This document shows positions 44,954-56,226 of a stretch of DNA of 64,000 bases, piece by piece. This stretch comes from Gammaproteobacteria bacterium. Lineage in GTDB: Bacteria; Pseudomonadota; Gammaproteobacteria; GCA-001735895. Location: positions 160,001-224,000 of the forward strand of contig JBNKUM010000085.1 in the NCBI GenBank assembly GCA_050298595.1. Reading direction: 5' to 3'. The position numbers and the translations under genes were made by a program. The number at the start of each line of letters is the position of its first letter. Positions within the stretch are counted from its first letter, which is position 1. Under the pieces are notes generated by a model. It was not told where the DNA came from and did no database searches. It was given only the letters and a program-made list of their open reading frames with translations.

Positions 44954-45913
44954 ATGTCCACAGAAAAAAAACTGGGCATCGTAATGGATGCCATCGAAAG
45001 CATTAAGCCTTACAAAGACAGTAGCTTTGCCATGTTGCTGGAAGCACAAATACGTGGCTGGCAGATCTTTTATATCCAGCTAACGGATATCTTCATGGAT
45101 CAATCAGTCAGCTACGCCGAAAGCATGCAACTCAAGGTCACTGATAATACAGCTGACTTTTTTGAGCTAAGTAATCCCTCTACAATAAAATTATCCGATA
45201 TGGATGTCATCCTGATGCGCAAGGATCCACCCTTTAATATGGAGTACATCTATGCAACCTACTTACTGGAACAGGCTGAACAGAAGGGCACATTGGTCAT
45301 CAATAAGCCGCAGAGCCTGCGCGACTGTAATGAAAAACTTTTCACCTATCAATTCCCGCAATGCTGCGCCCCCTTTCGTGTTTCACGCAAAGCGAGTCTG
45401 TTAAAAGAGTTTCTGGATATTCATCAGGATATCATTATCAAACCACTGGACGGCATGGGTGGTCGATCAATCTTCCGCGTTAATCAAGATGACCCGAATA
45501 CTAACGCCATTATTGAGAATGTGACTCAGTATGGCGAGCAACAGGCCATGGTGCAGAAATTCATCCCGCAAATCTCTGCCGGTGACAAACGCATTTTGTT
45601 GATAGATGGAAAACCCGTACCTTATGCTTTAGCCCGCATACCTGCAGAGGGAGAAAATCGTGGCAACCTGGCCGCAGGCGCCAGCTCTAGAGCACAACCA
45701 CTTAGCGAACGTGACTACTGGATCTGCCAGCAGATAGCGCCTACCCTGCAGCAAAAAGGATTGATATTTGTCGGAATAGATGTGATTGGCGATTATCTTA
45801 CCGAAATCAATGTGACCAGCCCGACCTGTATCCGCGAGCTCGATAAAGCTTATAACCTGAATATTAGTGCAGACCTATTTGAATGTATCGAACAAAAGTT
45901 AAACTCCGTCTGA
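44954..45913 (+). CDS. gshB: Glutathione synthetase
   Basis: MRKDPPF, KPLDGMGG, RGNLAAG, EINVTSPT. Confidence 0.97.
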   Translation: MSTEKKLGIVMDAIESIKPYKDSSFAMLLEAQIRGWQIFYIQLTDIFMDQSVSYAESMQLKVTDNTADFFELSNPSTIKLSDMDVILMRKDPPFNMEYIYATYLLEQAEQKGTLVINKPQSLRDCNEKLFTYQFPQCCAPFRVSRKASLLKEFLDIHQDIIIKPLDGMGGRSIFRVNQDDPNTNAIIENVTQYGEQQAMVQKFIPQISAGDKRILLIDGKPVPYALARIPAEGENRGNLAAGASSRAQPLSERDYWICQQIAPTLQQKGLIFVGIDVIGDYLTEINVTSPTCIRELDKAYNLNISADLFECIEQKLNSV

Positions 45914-46923
45914 TTCAGTTTTTTCTACTCATTGCCCTTATCTCAAGCACCGCCTGTCAAACGGAAAGAAACCATTCACAACAGTTTCTTCAGTTTGGGA
46001 CGCTGATTGATATTACACTGGCATCAACTACCGAGGAAAAAGCCAACAGCTCCTTTGCCGAGATTGAAGCATTGTTAGTTAAAAGACATAGTGACTGGCA
46101 CGGCTGGGAAGACGGAAGCCTGACACGCTTTAATAAAGCGCTGCATGAATCACCTGACAAAGGCATTCCTGTACCAGAAAATCTGCACCGCTTAATTCAG
46201 GATTCAAAAAAGTATTATCAAATCAGCGGCGGATTATTTAACCCTGCATTAGGCAAACTGATAGGTGCCTGGGGCTTTCATGGTCATGCTGAATCCGATC
46301 TACCATTGATTAATGAAATAAAGAAAAACATCCCGGGCATGGATGACCTCCAAATTCGCAATCAACTCGCCTATTCAAACAACCCCCATCTACAGCTTGA
46401 TTTTGGCGGTATTGCCAAAGGCCTCGCGATCCAGGAAATCCAGCAATTATTAGAAGGCAAAGACATTGAAAATTTTATTATAAATGCTGGCGGCGACATC
46501 CTCGCAGCTGGTCAAAATGGCAATCGAAACTGGCGAGTCGCGATACAGGACCCATTTAAAGAAGACGTAATTGGTACTATCGAACTGGCACCGTCACAGA
46601 GTATTTTCACCTCAGGCAACTATCGCCGATTTCACAACCAGCCCGACCATAAAAAACGTCACCACATCATCAATCCCAAAACAGGTGAACCATCACTTTA
46701 CATCAGCTCAGCCACTGTAATTAGCAATGACCCGATATTGGCCGATGCTGCAGCAACGACACTCATGCTTGGGGCCAAAGATCAAATCAAAGATCTTGCT
46801 TTAGCGCTGGGTATACAGCAATACATGGTCATCACCGAACAAAGCGAAGTTATTATCAGCCAATCGATGTACGATAAACTAGTTTGGCATGAACAGCAGC
46901 AATTCAAAATTCAATTACAGTAA
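45883..46923 (+). CDS. apbE: FAD:protein FMN transferase (lipoprotein)
   Basis: Lipobox STAC, DFGGIAKG, INAGGD, TSGNY.R, HHII.P.TG. Confidence 0.9.
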   Translation: MYRTKVKLRLIQFFLLIALISSTACQTERNHSQQFLQFGTLIDITLASTTEEKANSSFAEIEALLVKRHSDWHGWEDGSLTRFNKALHESPDKGIPVPENLHRLIQDSKKYYQISGGLFNPALGKLIGAWGFHGHAESDLPLINEIKKNIPGMDDLQIRNQLAYSNNPHLQLDFGGIAKGLAIQEIQQLLEGKDIENFIINAGGDILAAGQNGNRNWRVAIQDPFKEDVIGTIELAPSQSIFTSGNYRRFHNQPDHKKRHHIINPKTGEPSLYISSATVISNDPILADAAATTLMLGAKDQIKDLALALGIQQYMVITEQSEVIISQSMYDKLVWHEQQQFKIQLQ

Positions 46924-46985
46924 GTAATTCACCTGGCTAATTAAATAACTGGCGAGGCTAGCAGCATGTTGGCAAAATATAAAAT

Positions 46986-47879
46986 ATGAGTAACCCCACC
47001 CTAATTTCAAGCAAACCCAGCATCGGTGCCAATGACCGCCTGGGCTTCACTTTGTTTATTGCAATCGCGATACATTTGATCATAGTACTCGGCATAGGCT
47101 TCACTAAATCTGACGCAACCCAGGCAGAAACCATGCCCAGCCTGGATATCATACTGGCGAACACCAGCTCCCCAGAACAACCAGACAATCCGGATTTTCT
47201 CGCTCAGGACAACCAGACCGGAGGCGGAAACCAGGATGAAAAAGCGCGCCCAAGCGCACCTATATCAGCATCATCACCCATCAATGAGAAGGGACTAAGC
47301 GAACGCGCACAATCCCGAAAAATCGCCAACCGAGTGAGGGTTGAAAATATTTACTACATCAATAAACGCGAAGCACCGGACAAGATCGAACATGCAAAAC
47401 GTGATGATCGTGCGATACCACAGGAAATCAGTACCCAGGAAATCGAACGTCAACAACAGCGGATCGCCAGCCTGCGCGCTGAAATCCGCAAGATGACTGT
47501 TAATTACGCCAATCGTCCACGCTCAATCACACTTACTGCCAGCACCCGTAAAGCTGTGGAAGCTGGCTATCTAGCGAAATGGGTGAGCAAGATCGAACAC
47601 ATTGGTAACCTCAACTATCCGGCCGAAGCTGAGGTAAAAAAAATTAATGGTAGACTGCGCCTGAATGTTCGTATCAACTCACTGGGAGAGGTTATCGACG
47701 CTAAAGTAACCAAATCATCTGGAGAAGCCTTACTGGATGAAGCCGCCAGACGCATCGTTCGCCTGGCACAACCGTTCGACGCCTTCCCGGCAGAACTAAA
47801 GCAACGTGCGGATCAGATAGTGATCGTTCGCACCTGGGATTTTAACAGTAACAAACTCACCACCAGCGGCGGCTCCTGA
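46986..47879 (+). CDS. TonB family protein
   Basis: N-terminal TM with His, IE.IGNLNYP, SSG..LLD.AA, APF..FP, IVRTW.F. Confidence 0.85.
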   Translation: MSNPTLISSKPSIGANDRLGFTLFIAIAIHLIIVLGIGFTKSDATQAETMPSLDIILANTSSPEQPDNPDFLAQDNQTGGGNQDEKARPSAPISASSPINEKGLSERAQSRKIANRVRVENIYYINKREAPDKIEHAKRDDRAIPQEISTQEIERQQQRIASLRAEIRKMTVNYANRPRSITLTASTRKAVEAGYLAKWVSKIEHIGNLNYPAEAEVKKINGRLRLNVRINSLGEVIDAKVTKSSGEALLDEAARRIVRLAQPFDAFPAELKQRADQIVIVRTWDFNSNKLTTSGGS

Positions 47880-47881
47880 TC

Positions 47882-48445
47882 ATGCAGATCCAAAACAACC
47901 TGACCAATCAATACCTGCTTGCTACCCCTAATATTCAGGATCCACTGTTTGCTTCCAGCATCGTATACATGTGTGAACACAGTAGCGAAGGTAGCATGGG
48001 CATGGTCATCAACCATCTAGCAGACCAGACCTTGCAAAACATATTCGAGCAACTCGACATCGAATGCGATGACCCGGATATTCTCAGCACCCATGTATTC
48101 ATTGGCGGCCCGGTAAAGCTACAACAGGGATTCGTTTTGCATACCCCCCGTGGCAACTGGGATAAAACCATGCCGGTAGGTGATGATATTTACCTCACCA
48201 GTTCACGCGACATTCTGCAAGCTATTGCACAGCACGAAGGTCCACAAGAATTTCTGGTGTTACTCGGATTCTCCGGCTGGGCGGCTGGGCAACTGGAAAA
48301 AGAATTAGAGGAAAACTCCTGGTTAACCGCCAAAGCCTCACCTCTTATCACCTACAATCAGGATATAGATCAGAAGTGGCAAATGGCATTCGACACCCTC
48401 GGTTTTAATCTGGATAAACTATCCCCCTTCACAGGCCATGCCTGA
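47882..48445 (+). CDS. yqgE: YqgE/AlgH family protein
   Basis: CEH...GSMG.VIN, GGPV....GFVLH, GW..GQLE.EL..NSW. Confidence 0.93.
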   Translation: MQIQNNLTNQYLLATPNIQDPLFASSIVYMCEHSSEGSMGMVINHLADQTLQNIFEQLDIECDDPDILSTHVFIGGPVKLQQGFVLHTPRGNWDKTMPVGDDIYLTSSRDILQAIAQHEGPQEFLVLLGFSGWAAGQLEKELEENSWLTAKASPLITYNQDIDQKWQMAFDTLGFNLDKLSPFTGHA

Positions 48446-48869
48446 AGACAATATCACCGCCATCGGTTTTGACTTTGGCAGCTTCTGGATCGGTTCAGCC
48501 GTTGGGCAGACTCGCACCTGCACAGCTTCACCTCTGGAAGCCATACGAGCAAATCAATTCAAACCCGACTGGCCACATATCGAAAAACTGATCAAAACCT
48601 GGCAACCCACTCGACTTATCGTTGGTCTTCCGACCACCATGAATGATCAGGAGCATGAAATGACACGTCAGGCGCGCCGTTTCAGTCGCCAACTGGAAGG
48701 TCGCTTTCATATTAAAACCGAACTTATAGATGAGCGACTAACCACCCGAGAAGCCTGGCAGATAGTCGAACATCAAGCGAGCAAAAAACAAGACAAACAA
48801 ACCATCGACTGCATAGCAGCGGTACTCATCACTGAAAGCTGGCTGCATCACTATAAAAGCCAGCTTTAA
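48438..48869 (+). CDS. yqgF: YqgF/RuvX pre-16S rRNA nuclease
   Basis: FDFG...IG.AVG, VGLP, DERLTT.EA, D..AA. Confidence 0.93.
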   Translation: MPEDNITAIGFDFGSFWIGSAVGQTRTCTASPLEAIRANQFKPDWPHIEKLIKTWQPTRLIVGLPTTMNDQEHEMTRQARRFSRQLEGRFHIKTELIDERLTTREAWQIVEHQASKKQDKQTIDCIAAVLITESWLHHYKSQL

Positions 48870-48967
48870 GCGATTAGGACACCTCTAATCAAAAAAGTCA
48901 TTTCTGCTTAATTGTCAAATATGGTATAAAGCGACTACATTTATCGACTCAACCCCGGCTGTAAAAA

Positions 48968-49471
48968 GTGACTGATATACCTGTCGAACCACTTATCGAA
49001 CAACTCAGCGAAACACTGGCTCCTTTATTTTCTGTTACGGACCAACCAATCATCATTGGTATCGAAACTGGTGGTTACTGGATAGCCCGAGAGATCCACA
49101 ACAAACTCAACCCAGATACCGAGTTAGGTAAGCTCAACATCACCTTCTATCGTGATGATTTCACCAAAATCGGCCTGCACCCCACCGTAAAACCATCACG
49201 CCTGCCCACCGATATTGATGGCAAAACCATCATACTGGTAGACGATGTTTTACACTCTGGCAGAACCATTCGCGCAGCAATGAATGAAATATTTGATTAT
49301 GGTCGACCCGATAAGATTTTACTGGCGATACTCATTGACCGAGGGGATCGCGAATTACCCATCCAGGCAGACTTTGTAGCAAAAACCATCAGCTTGAATA
49401 AAAATGAACATATTAAGCTTGAAGGATCTGAATCCCTAACACTCACAATCCAGCAACTAACGACTGAATGA
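48968..49471 (+). CDS. pyrR: PyrR bifunctional regulator / uracil phosphoribosyltransferase
   Basis: [29 protein letters not shown]. Confidence 0.93.
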   Translation: MTDIPVEPLIEQLSETLAPLFSVTDQPIIIGIETGGYWIAREIHNKLNPDTELGKLNITFYRDDFTKIGLHPTVKPSRLPTDIDGKTIILVDDVLHSGRTIRAAMNEIFDYGRPDKILLAILIDRGDRELPIQADFVAKTISLNKNEHIKLEGSESLTLTIQQLTTE

Positions 49472-50436
49472 GCTATCAAAACCTGCAACTGACCCAAGAT
49501 GGCAAGCTCAGACACTTTCTGAGCATAGAAGGCCTTAATAAATCCATTCTCAACGATATACTGGATACCGCCGAATCTTTCACCTCTATTACAGATCGAA
49601 CCATCAAGAAGGTACCCATCCTGCGCGGCAAAACAGTTGCTAATCTGTTCTTTGAAGCTAGTACTCGCACCCGCTCCACATTTGAACTGGCCGCACAGAG
49701 ATTATCAGCCGATATCCTCAACCTGAATATAAACACCTCGGCCACAGTAAAAGGAGAATCGCTACTGGATACCATTCAGAATCTGGAAGCCATGCAAATA
49801 GACATGTTTGTTATCCGTCACCAGGACAGCGGTAGCGCACATTTTTTTGCTCAACACGTTAGGCCAGGGGTAAGCGTTTTAAATGCAGGCGATGGACAAC
49901 ATGCCCACCCCACCCAGGCAATGCTCGACATGTTCACTATTCGTCGACATAAGCAACAGTTCGAAAACCTGACGGTCGCCATAGTGGGTGACATCAAACA
50001 TTCTCGTGTTGCACGCTCACAGATCCATGCACTCAATATTCTCAACACCGGCCAGGTCAGAGTCATCGGACCACAAACTCTGCTACCCGACCACTGCGAG
50101 ACGCTGGGCGTACAGGTTTACCATGATTTTGATCAGGGACTGAAGGATGCAGATGTCGTGATCATGCTACGGTTACAGAAAGAGCGTATGACCGGCGCTT
50201 TACTACCCAGTGAAAAAGAATATTTCCAGCAATATGGATTAACTGCAGAACGATTAAAGCTGGCCAGGCCCGATGCCATAGTGATGCACCCTGGGCCTGC
50301 CAACCGAGGAATTGAAATCGAGTCCAGTGTCATGGATGGCAAGCAATCAGTGATTCTGCAACAGGTCACCTTTGGTATAGCCGTTCGTATGGCAGTGATG
50401 TCAATGATAGCTTCAAGTGCGGAAACCGAGCTATGA
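49468..50436 (+). CDS. pyrB: Aspartate carbamoyltransferase catalytic subunit
   Basis: [23 protein letters not shown]. Confidence 0.97.
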   Translation: MSYQNLQLTQDGKLRHFLSIEGLNKSILNDILDTAESFTSITDRTIKKVPILRGKTVANLFFEASTRTRSTFELAAQRLSADILNLNINTSATVKGESLLDTIQNLEAMQIDMFVIRHQDSGSAHFFAQHVRPGVSVLNAGDGQHAHPTQAMLDMFTIRRHKQQFENLTVAIVGDIKHSRVARSQIHALNILNTGQVRVIGPQTLLPDHCETLGVQVYHDFDQGLKDADVVIMLRLQKERMTGALLPSEKEYFQQYGLTAERLKLARPDAIVMHPGPANRGIEIESSVMDGKQSVILQQVTFGIAVRMAVMSMIASSAETEL

Positions 50437-51704
50437 AAATCCTTATTCAAAACGGTCGAGTCATTAACCCTGCCAGCGCGCTTGATAGCATTAGCGACAT
50501 CTACATTGACGGCCAGTTAATCGTAGCTATTGGACAGGCTCCCATTAATTTTATTGCCGATCAAACCATTGATGCCAGCGACAAGCTGATAATACCCGGA
50601 CTTATTGACATTCAATGCCGAGTACGCGAACCGGGCTATACCCTGAAGGCGACTATTGCCAGTGAAAGCAACGCAGCTGCGCATGGAGGCATCACCAGCC
50701 TGTGCATCCCACCCGACAGCAATCCAGCAATCGATAACTCTGCAGTCGTTGAACTGATACATCACAGCAACCAGAAAGCAGGAAATCGTTGTCATTTATA
50801 CACCATCGGAGCATTAACCAAAGGTCTGGAAGGTGAGCAATTAAGCAATATGGGAACGCTTAAATCTGCCGGATGTATTGCACTCAGTAATGCGCAAAAA
50901 CCTATTGCCAACAATTTAATTCAACGTCGAGCTATGGAATATGCGCACGGCCAGGAGATGCTGGTAGTAATTCAACCTTACGATCATGCTCTGTATGCCA
51001 ACGGCTGTGCACACGAAGGTGCATTATCCACTCGTATGGGGCTACCACCGATTCCTGAAGCAGCGGAAACTGCGGCGCTTGCCAAAGATATTGAACTGGT
51101 AGTACAAACCGGTGCCAGAACCCATTTTGGTCAGCTATCCTGTGCGCGCTCGGTAGAAATGATCCGACAGGCCAAGAAAGATGGATTACCCATCACAGCA
51201 GATGTCAGCATGCATCAGTTATTTCTGACAGACCGTGATATTGATGGATTTGATACCGCCAAACTTACCATCCCACCCTTGCGCGATGATCAGGACAGAC
51301 TGGCATTACGCGAAGGTCTTTCTGATGGGACAATCGATATCATCTGTTCCGATCATCAGCCGCATGACCGAGATGCCAAGCTCATGCCATTTCCTTCAGC
51401 CGAAGCAGGCTGTAGTACATTAGATACGTTTCTACCGCTCGCATTCAGGCTGGTCGAAGAAGGACTATTCGATCTGGCAACCCTGTTAAACAAGATCACA
51501 ACAACCCCTGCCAGAATATTCAAGTTACCCGCTGGCAATCTGGCCCAGGGGGAACTCGCTGATGTTGTCATTATCGATGATAAATGTCACTACCAATGTG
51601 CCGCTAAAAATTTCTATTCGGCCGGTAAAAACACACCATTTGAAGGATGGGATTTTAATGCCAGAGTGATTAAAACGTTGGTAGCAGGAAAACTGATTCA
51701 ATAA
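50433..51704 (+). CDS. pyrC: Dihydroorotase-like PyrC' subunit, probably inactive
   Basis: PGLID..CR.REPG, PPLR, SDHQPH; the Zn-binding HxH is replaced by QCR. Confidence 0.88.
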   Translation: MKILIQNGRVINPASALDSISDIYIDGQLIVAIGQAPINFIADQTIDASDKLIIPGLIDIQCRVREPGYTLKATIASESNAAAHGGITSLCIPPDSNPAIDNSAVVELIHHSNQKAGNRCHLYTIGALTKGLEGEQLSNMGTLKSAGCIALSNAQKPIANNLIQRRAMEYAHGQEMLVVIQPYDHALYANGCAHEGALSTRMGLPPIPEAAETAALAKDIELVVQTGARTHFGQLSCARSVEMIRQAKKDGLPITADVSMHQLFLTDRDIDGFDTAKLTIPPLRDDQDRLALREGLSDGTIDIICSDHQPHDRDAKLMPFPSAEAGCSTLDTFLPLAFRLVEEGLFDLATLLNKITTTPARIFKLPAGNLAQGELADVVIIDDKCHYQCAAKNFYSAGKNTPFEGWDFNARVIKTLVAGKLIQ

Positions 51705-51709
51705 TAAAA

Positions 51710-52597
51710 CTATTGTGTTTTCTCAGTAAGCGAGAGAAAAACGCCAGCACCAATCGCTGCGGCCCCTATTACATGAAACCAGTATAACTGCTCACCCAGA
51801 AAAGCCACCGCCATCAGGGTTCCGAGCACAGGCATTAAATGAATAAACTGCCCAGCTGTTGCAGCACCCACCATCTTTACCCCCTGGTTCCATAATAAAA
51901 AAGCACCAATAGACGGAAACAACGCGACATAAGCAATGGTAAGCAGATTAGGTGAATTTATTTCCAGATAGACGCCCTGAGACAGCACGTAAAGATAAAA
52001 CGGAATCAATATCACCACACCCACCAACATGGTAAATAATAAAAAACCTGAAGAAGACAACCCCGCAGGTCGCCAGCGTAAACTAATTGAATAAAGCGCC
52101 CAGAACAGGGCCGCCAGTAAAATCCACAAATCACCAAAGTTAATTTGCAGAGCGAAAAGATTTTGCATATCGCCTTTTACCACCAGTAACAAAACACCCA
52201 GGCTGGAAATCAGCACTGCAATAATCTTGCGTAAACTCATGGTTACACCCAGCATAATACGGGTGAGGATAATGATAAAAATAGGGATAAAGCTATTGAT
52301 GAGCAAAGCGTTGGTAGCGCTAGTATGACGCAGACCTAAGTAAACAAAGGTATTGAAAGCAGCAACTCCCAGTGCTCCCATTAATATCATCAGAGGTAAA
52401 TTGTTTCTGACAATTCGCCAGTCCCTGATCAGAGCCATTATAGAAAACGGCAGAAATACCAGCAGCGCGATCATCCAGCGCCAGAACGAAAGCGTAATTG
52501 GCTCTATATCCAGAGACATTGCACGGGCTAGCACAAAATTGCCCGACCAGAACAACACTGGGCCGCACAGCATCAGATAAGCCCAGTTTTTATTCAA
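51710..52597 (-). CDS. DMT/EamA family transporter
   Basis: FWSGNFV, about 10 TM, two EamA repeats. Confidence 0.9.
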   Translation of the reverse strand: MNKNWAYLMLCGPVLFWSGNFVLARAMSLDIEPITLSFWRWMIALLVFLPFSIMALIRDWRIVRNNLPLMILMGALGVAAFNTFVYLGLRHTSATNALLINSFIPIFIIILTRIMLGVTMSLRKIIAVLISSLGVLLLVVKGDMQNLFALQINFGDLWILLAALFWALYSISLRWRPAGLSSSGFLLFTMLVGVVILIPFYLYVLSQGVYLEINSPNLLTIAYVALFPSIGAFLLWNQGVKMVGAATAGQFIHLMPVLGTLMAVAFLGEQLYWFHVIGAAAIGAGVFLSLTEKTQ

Positions 52598-52632
52598 AAC
52601 ACAACTTCACTATAGTTAGAGAAGAACTCGAT

Positions 52633-53787
52633 TTATTCTTCTGATGGTAATTGCAACTCATCAGGAAATGGCTGCTCATTAAGATTATGACGGGTGTCCC
52701 GAGTCTGCTCACCACCAAAATTGATTTTCCATTCCAGATTACTGCTCGAGTCAGCATAAGCCAGGGCAGTTTTGATAGAGATCACATCGGCTTTATAGAG
52801 ATCGTATAATGACTGGTCAAAGGTCTGCATAGCTGCCGCATCGCCTTTTTCCATAATCTCTTTAATTTCGTTAAAGTTACCTTCGCGTAATAGCTCAGAG
52901 ATATAGGGGGAGTTCATCATTATCTCTACCGCACAGGCCAGTTTGCCATCCATAGATGGAACCAGGCGTTGTGAGATAACCGCTCTCAGATTGAGCGATA
53001 AATCCATCAACAGCTGCCCTCGCATATCGGTTGGAAACATATTCATAATCCGGTCCATCGCCTGATTCGAGTTAACCGCATGCAAAGTGGTCAGACATAG
53101 ATGTCCGGTATCCGCATAGTTAATCGCCGCCTGCATAGTTTCACGATCACGCGCCTCACCAATCATGATCACATCGGGTGCTTCACGCAAAGCTTCGCGT
53201 AATGCATTCTCGTAAGACAGGGTATCTATACCCACCTCACGTTGTGAAACCACTGACTTATCATGCTTAAATACGAATTCAATCGGGTCTTCAATGGTCA
53301 GAATATGCCCACTCTCGATCTGGTTTCGATAATTAATCATTGAAGCCAGCGTGGTAGATTTACCCGAACCGGTAGAACCTACTACCAGTACCAGTCCGGT
53401 TTTATCCATCACGATTTTTTTTAAAATCTGCGGTAGTAACAACTCATCGATACTGGGGATATCCCACTTGATATAGCGAATCACCATGGAAACTTCAGAA
53501 CGCTGGATGTAGATATTTACCCGGAAACGGCCTACTCCTAACAAAGTAAAGCCCAGATTCAATTCACGGTTGATTTCAAAATCCTGAACCTGGTCATCGT
53601 TTAGCAGGCTATATGCCAGCTTTTGCACATGACCCGGCTTCAATGGATTTTTGGCCATGGGCGCAGTCTTGCCCTGTATCTTGATATGAGGAGAAGCACC
53701 AGAAATGAAGTAAATATCTGAGGCCTGTTTCTCCGCCATAATCTTCAGGTAGGGCTCCAGTAACTGGGTAGTTGGCTCACGTTCCAT
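52633..53787 (-). CDS. pilU: PilT/PilU family retraction ATPase (second PilU paralog)
   Basis: GSTGSGKST, TIEDPIE, GE.RD, TGHL...TLH, MQTFDQ. Confidence 0.88.
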   Translation of the reverse strand: MEREPTTQLLEPYLKIMAEKQASDIYFISGASPHIKIQGKTAPMAKNPLKPGHVQKLAYSLLNDDQVQDFEINRELNLGFTLLGVGRFRVNIYIQRSEVSMVIRYIKWDIPSIDELLLPQILKKIVMDKTGLVLVVGSTGSGKSTTLASMINYRNQIESGHILTIEDPIEFVFKHDKSVVSQREVGIDTLSYENALREALREAPDVIMIGEARDRETMQAAINYADTGHLCLTTLHAVNSNQAMDRIMNMFPTDMRGQLLMDLSLNLRAVISQRLVPSMDGKLACAVEIMMNSPYISELLREGNFNEIKEIMEKGDAAAMQTFDQSLYDLYKADVISIKTALAYADSSSNLEWKINFGGEQTRDTRHNLNEQPFPDELQLPSEE

Positions 53788-53798
53788 ACAAATAACCT

Positions 53799-54971
53799 CT
53801 AAATCAGCCCACCATCATTATCTTCATCGGTTTCTTCCAGCTCAAAATCATCCCGATGATCATCCACCAAGCCGGTTTTACGCGCAGTGTCACTTTCCAG
53901 TTTAATACGTAAACGTAAATCATTCACTGAGTCGGCATTTCTTAACGCATCCTCGAAAGTAATCTTGCGCTGTTCGTACAGGTTGAATAAAGCCTGATCA
54001 AAGGTAATCATACCCTGCTCGTTTGACTTGGCCATCAAAGATTTCATTTCATGTACTTCACCTTTAAAAACCAGATCCGCCATTAATGGCGTATTCAACA
54101 TAATCTCAACCGCAGGAATTCGCCCTTTGCCATCAATCCTGGGTATCAGGCGCTGTGAAACCAGCCCTTTGAGGTTGAGCGACAGATCCATCAACAACTG
54201 CTGACGGCGCTCCTCCGGAAAAAAGTTGATGATGCGATCCAGCGCCTGATTGGTGCTGTTAGCGTGCAAAGTTGACAGGCAGAGATGACCGGTTTCTGCG
54301 AAGGCTATGGCATGATCCATGGCTTCACGGTCGCGAATCTCACCGATAAGAATGACATCTGGCGCCTGTCGCAGCGTATTCTTCAGAGCGACCTCATAAC
54401 TCTCGGTATCCACACCCACTTCGCGCTGTGTGACCAGGCAATTTTTATGTTCATGTACAAACTCCACCGGATCTTCGATCGTAATAATATGACCATAACT
54501 ATTACGATTACGATAATCCACCATAGAAGCAAGTGAGGTCGACTTACCCGAACCGGTACCACCCACAAAAATCACCAGACCACGCTTGGTCATAGCTATA
54601 TCCTGCAGCGTATCCGGCAGGTTCAACTCGCTGAAACTGGGAATATCTGAATTGATAATACGTAACACCAGGCCGGTACTACCTCGCTGCACAAACGCAT
54701 TAACCCTGAAACGGGCCACGCCGGGTAAGGCGATTGAAAAATTACATTCCTGGTTTTGTTCAAACTCAGATACCTGCTTATCATTCATGATAGAGCGCGC
54801 CAACATCTGAGTATGACTGGGCGCCATTATCTGCTTGGACACGGTCTGGATCTTGCCGTCAACCTTCATCGCAGGTGGAGAACCAGAAGTGATAAATAAA
54901 TCCGAGCCATCCTTGCTGACCATCATGCGTAATAAATCATGCATGAAACCAATCGCTTTATTTCGATCCAT
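53799..54971 (-). CDS. pilU: Type IV pilus retraction ATPase PilU
   Basis: GGTGSGKST, LRQAPDVILIGEIRD, ANSTNQALDRI. Confidence 0.93.
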   Translation of the reverse strand: MDRNKAIGFMHDLLRMMVSKDGSDLFITSGSPPAMKVDGKIQTVSKQIMAPSHTQMLARSIMNDKQVSEFEQNQECNFSIALPGVARFRVNAFVQRGSTGLVLRIINSDIPSFSELNLPDTLQDIAMTKRGLVIFVGGTGSGKSTSLASMVDYRNRNSYGHIITIEDPVEFVHEHKNCLVTQREVGVDTESYEVALKNTLRQAPDVILIGEIRDREAMDHAIAFAETGHLCLSTLHANSTNQALDRIINFFPEERRQQLLMDLSLNLKGLVSQRLIPRIDGKGRIPAVEIMLNTPLMADLVFKGEVHEMKSLMAKSNEQGMITFDQALFNLYEQRKITFEDALRNADSVNDLRLRIKLESDTARKTGLVDDHRDDFELEETDEDNDGGLI

Positions 54972-55003
54972 TGTGACTCCCGTCTATCTCTAGAAAATTC
55001 AGT

Positions 55004-56038
55004 CTATAGCGAGTCAGGACTAACCGACTTACGCATTGCCTCTTCCTTGGAAACCAGGCCCTGAGCCAGAATTTTCTTCAGGTTCTGGTCCAGAGTCTGC
55101 ATACCCACACTCTGCCCGGTTTGAATCGCCGAATACATCTGCGCCACCTTATCTTCGCGAATCAGGTTGCGAATTGCCGGGGTTCCAATCATGATTTCAT
55201 GTGCCGCGATACGCCCACCGCCTATCTTTTTTAACAGAGTCTGAGAGATGACCGCTTTCAGTGATTCTGACAACATAGAGCGGACCATAGATTTCTCAGC
55301 CGCAGGGAATACGTCAACAATACGGTCGATAGTTTTAGCTGCAGAGCTGGTGTGCAGGGTACCAAACACCAGATGTCCCGTTTCAGCCGCTGATAAGGCT
55401 AGTCGAATGGTTTCCAGGTCACGCATTTCACCCACCAGTATAGTATCTGGATCTTCACGTAAAGCTGAGCGCAAAGCTTCGTTAAAGCCTAACGTATCGC
55501 GATGTACTTCCCTCTGGTTAACCAGGCATTTTTTGCTTTGATGAACAAATTCGATAGGATCTTCAACGGTCAGAATATGCCCGTACTCAGAGTCATTTTT
55601 ATAATCGACCATGGCCGCCAGTGTGGTGGATTTACCCGAACCTGTCGGACCTGTGACCAGCACGATACCACGTGGGTATTCGGAGATTTCCTTGAAAATA
55701 GAGGGAGCGCCGAGGTCTTCCAGCGACAGTATCTTTGAAGGAATGGTACGGAAAACACCGCCGGCACCACGATTATGATTAAAGGCGTTTACGCGGAAAC
55801 GTGCCAGACCGGGGATTTCAAAAGAGAAGTCGGTTTCCAGAAACTCTTCAAAATCCTTACGCTGTTTATCACTCATGATGTCGTACAACATATCATGGAC
55901 CTGCTTATGATCCATCTCCGGCACATTAATACGGCGAATATCGCCGTCGACCCGGATCATAGGCGGTAATCCCGCAGACAGATGCAAATCAGATGCACCC
56001 TGTTTTACACCAAAGGCCAGTAATTGAGCTATATCCAT
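55004..56038 (-). CDS. pilT: Type IV pilus retraction ATPase PilT
   Basis: GPTGSGKST, AIRNLIRE, GMQTLDQ. Confidence 0.97.
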   Translation of the reverse strand: MDIAQLLAFGVKQGASDLHLSAGLPPMIRVDGDIRRINVPEMDHKQVHDMLYDIMSDKQRKDFEEFLETDFSFEIPGLARFRVNAFNHNRGAGGVFRTIPSKILSLEDLGAPSIFKEISEYPRGIVLVTGPTGSGKSTTLAAMVDYKNDSEYGHILTVEDPIEFVHQSKKCLVNQREVHRDTLGFNEALRSALREDPDTILVGEMRDLETIRLALSAAETGHLVFGTLHTSSAAKTIDRIVDVFPAAEKSMVRSMLSESLKAVISQTLLKKIGGGRIAAHEIMIGTPAIRNLIREDKVAQMYSAIQTGQSVGMQTLDQNLKKILAQGLVSKEEAMRKSVSPDSL

Positions 56039-56226
56039 GTTAAAACCACATTATGTTTGTTCGTTATAATAAGATTTAGTGTATATTCGTGAGTTTTTTG
56101 AGTTGTCTCAGTCAACGCTCCTAAACACTTCAGCCCTCGTATGCATAGAACACAAACGATACAATTAGTGTGATCAGAGCAAACCATTAAAGTAAACGCA
56201 TGACACCATGACTATAGCAAAAACCT

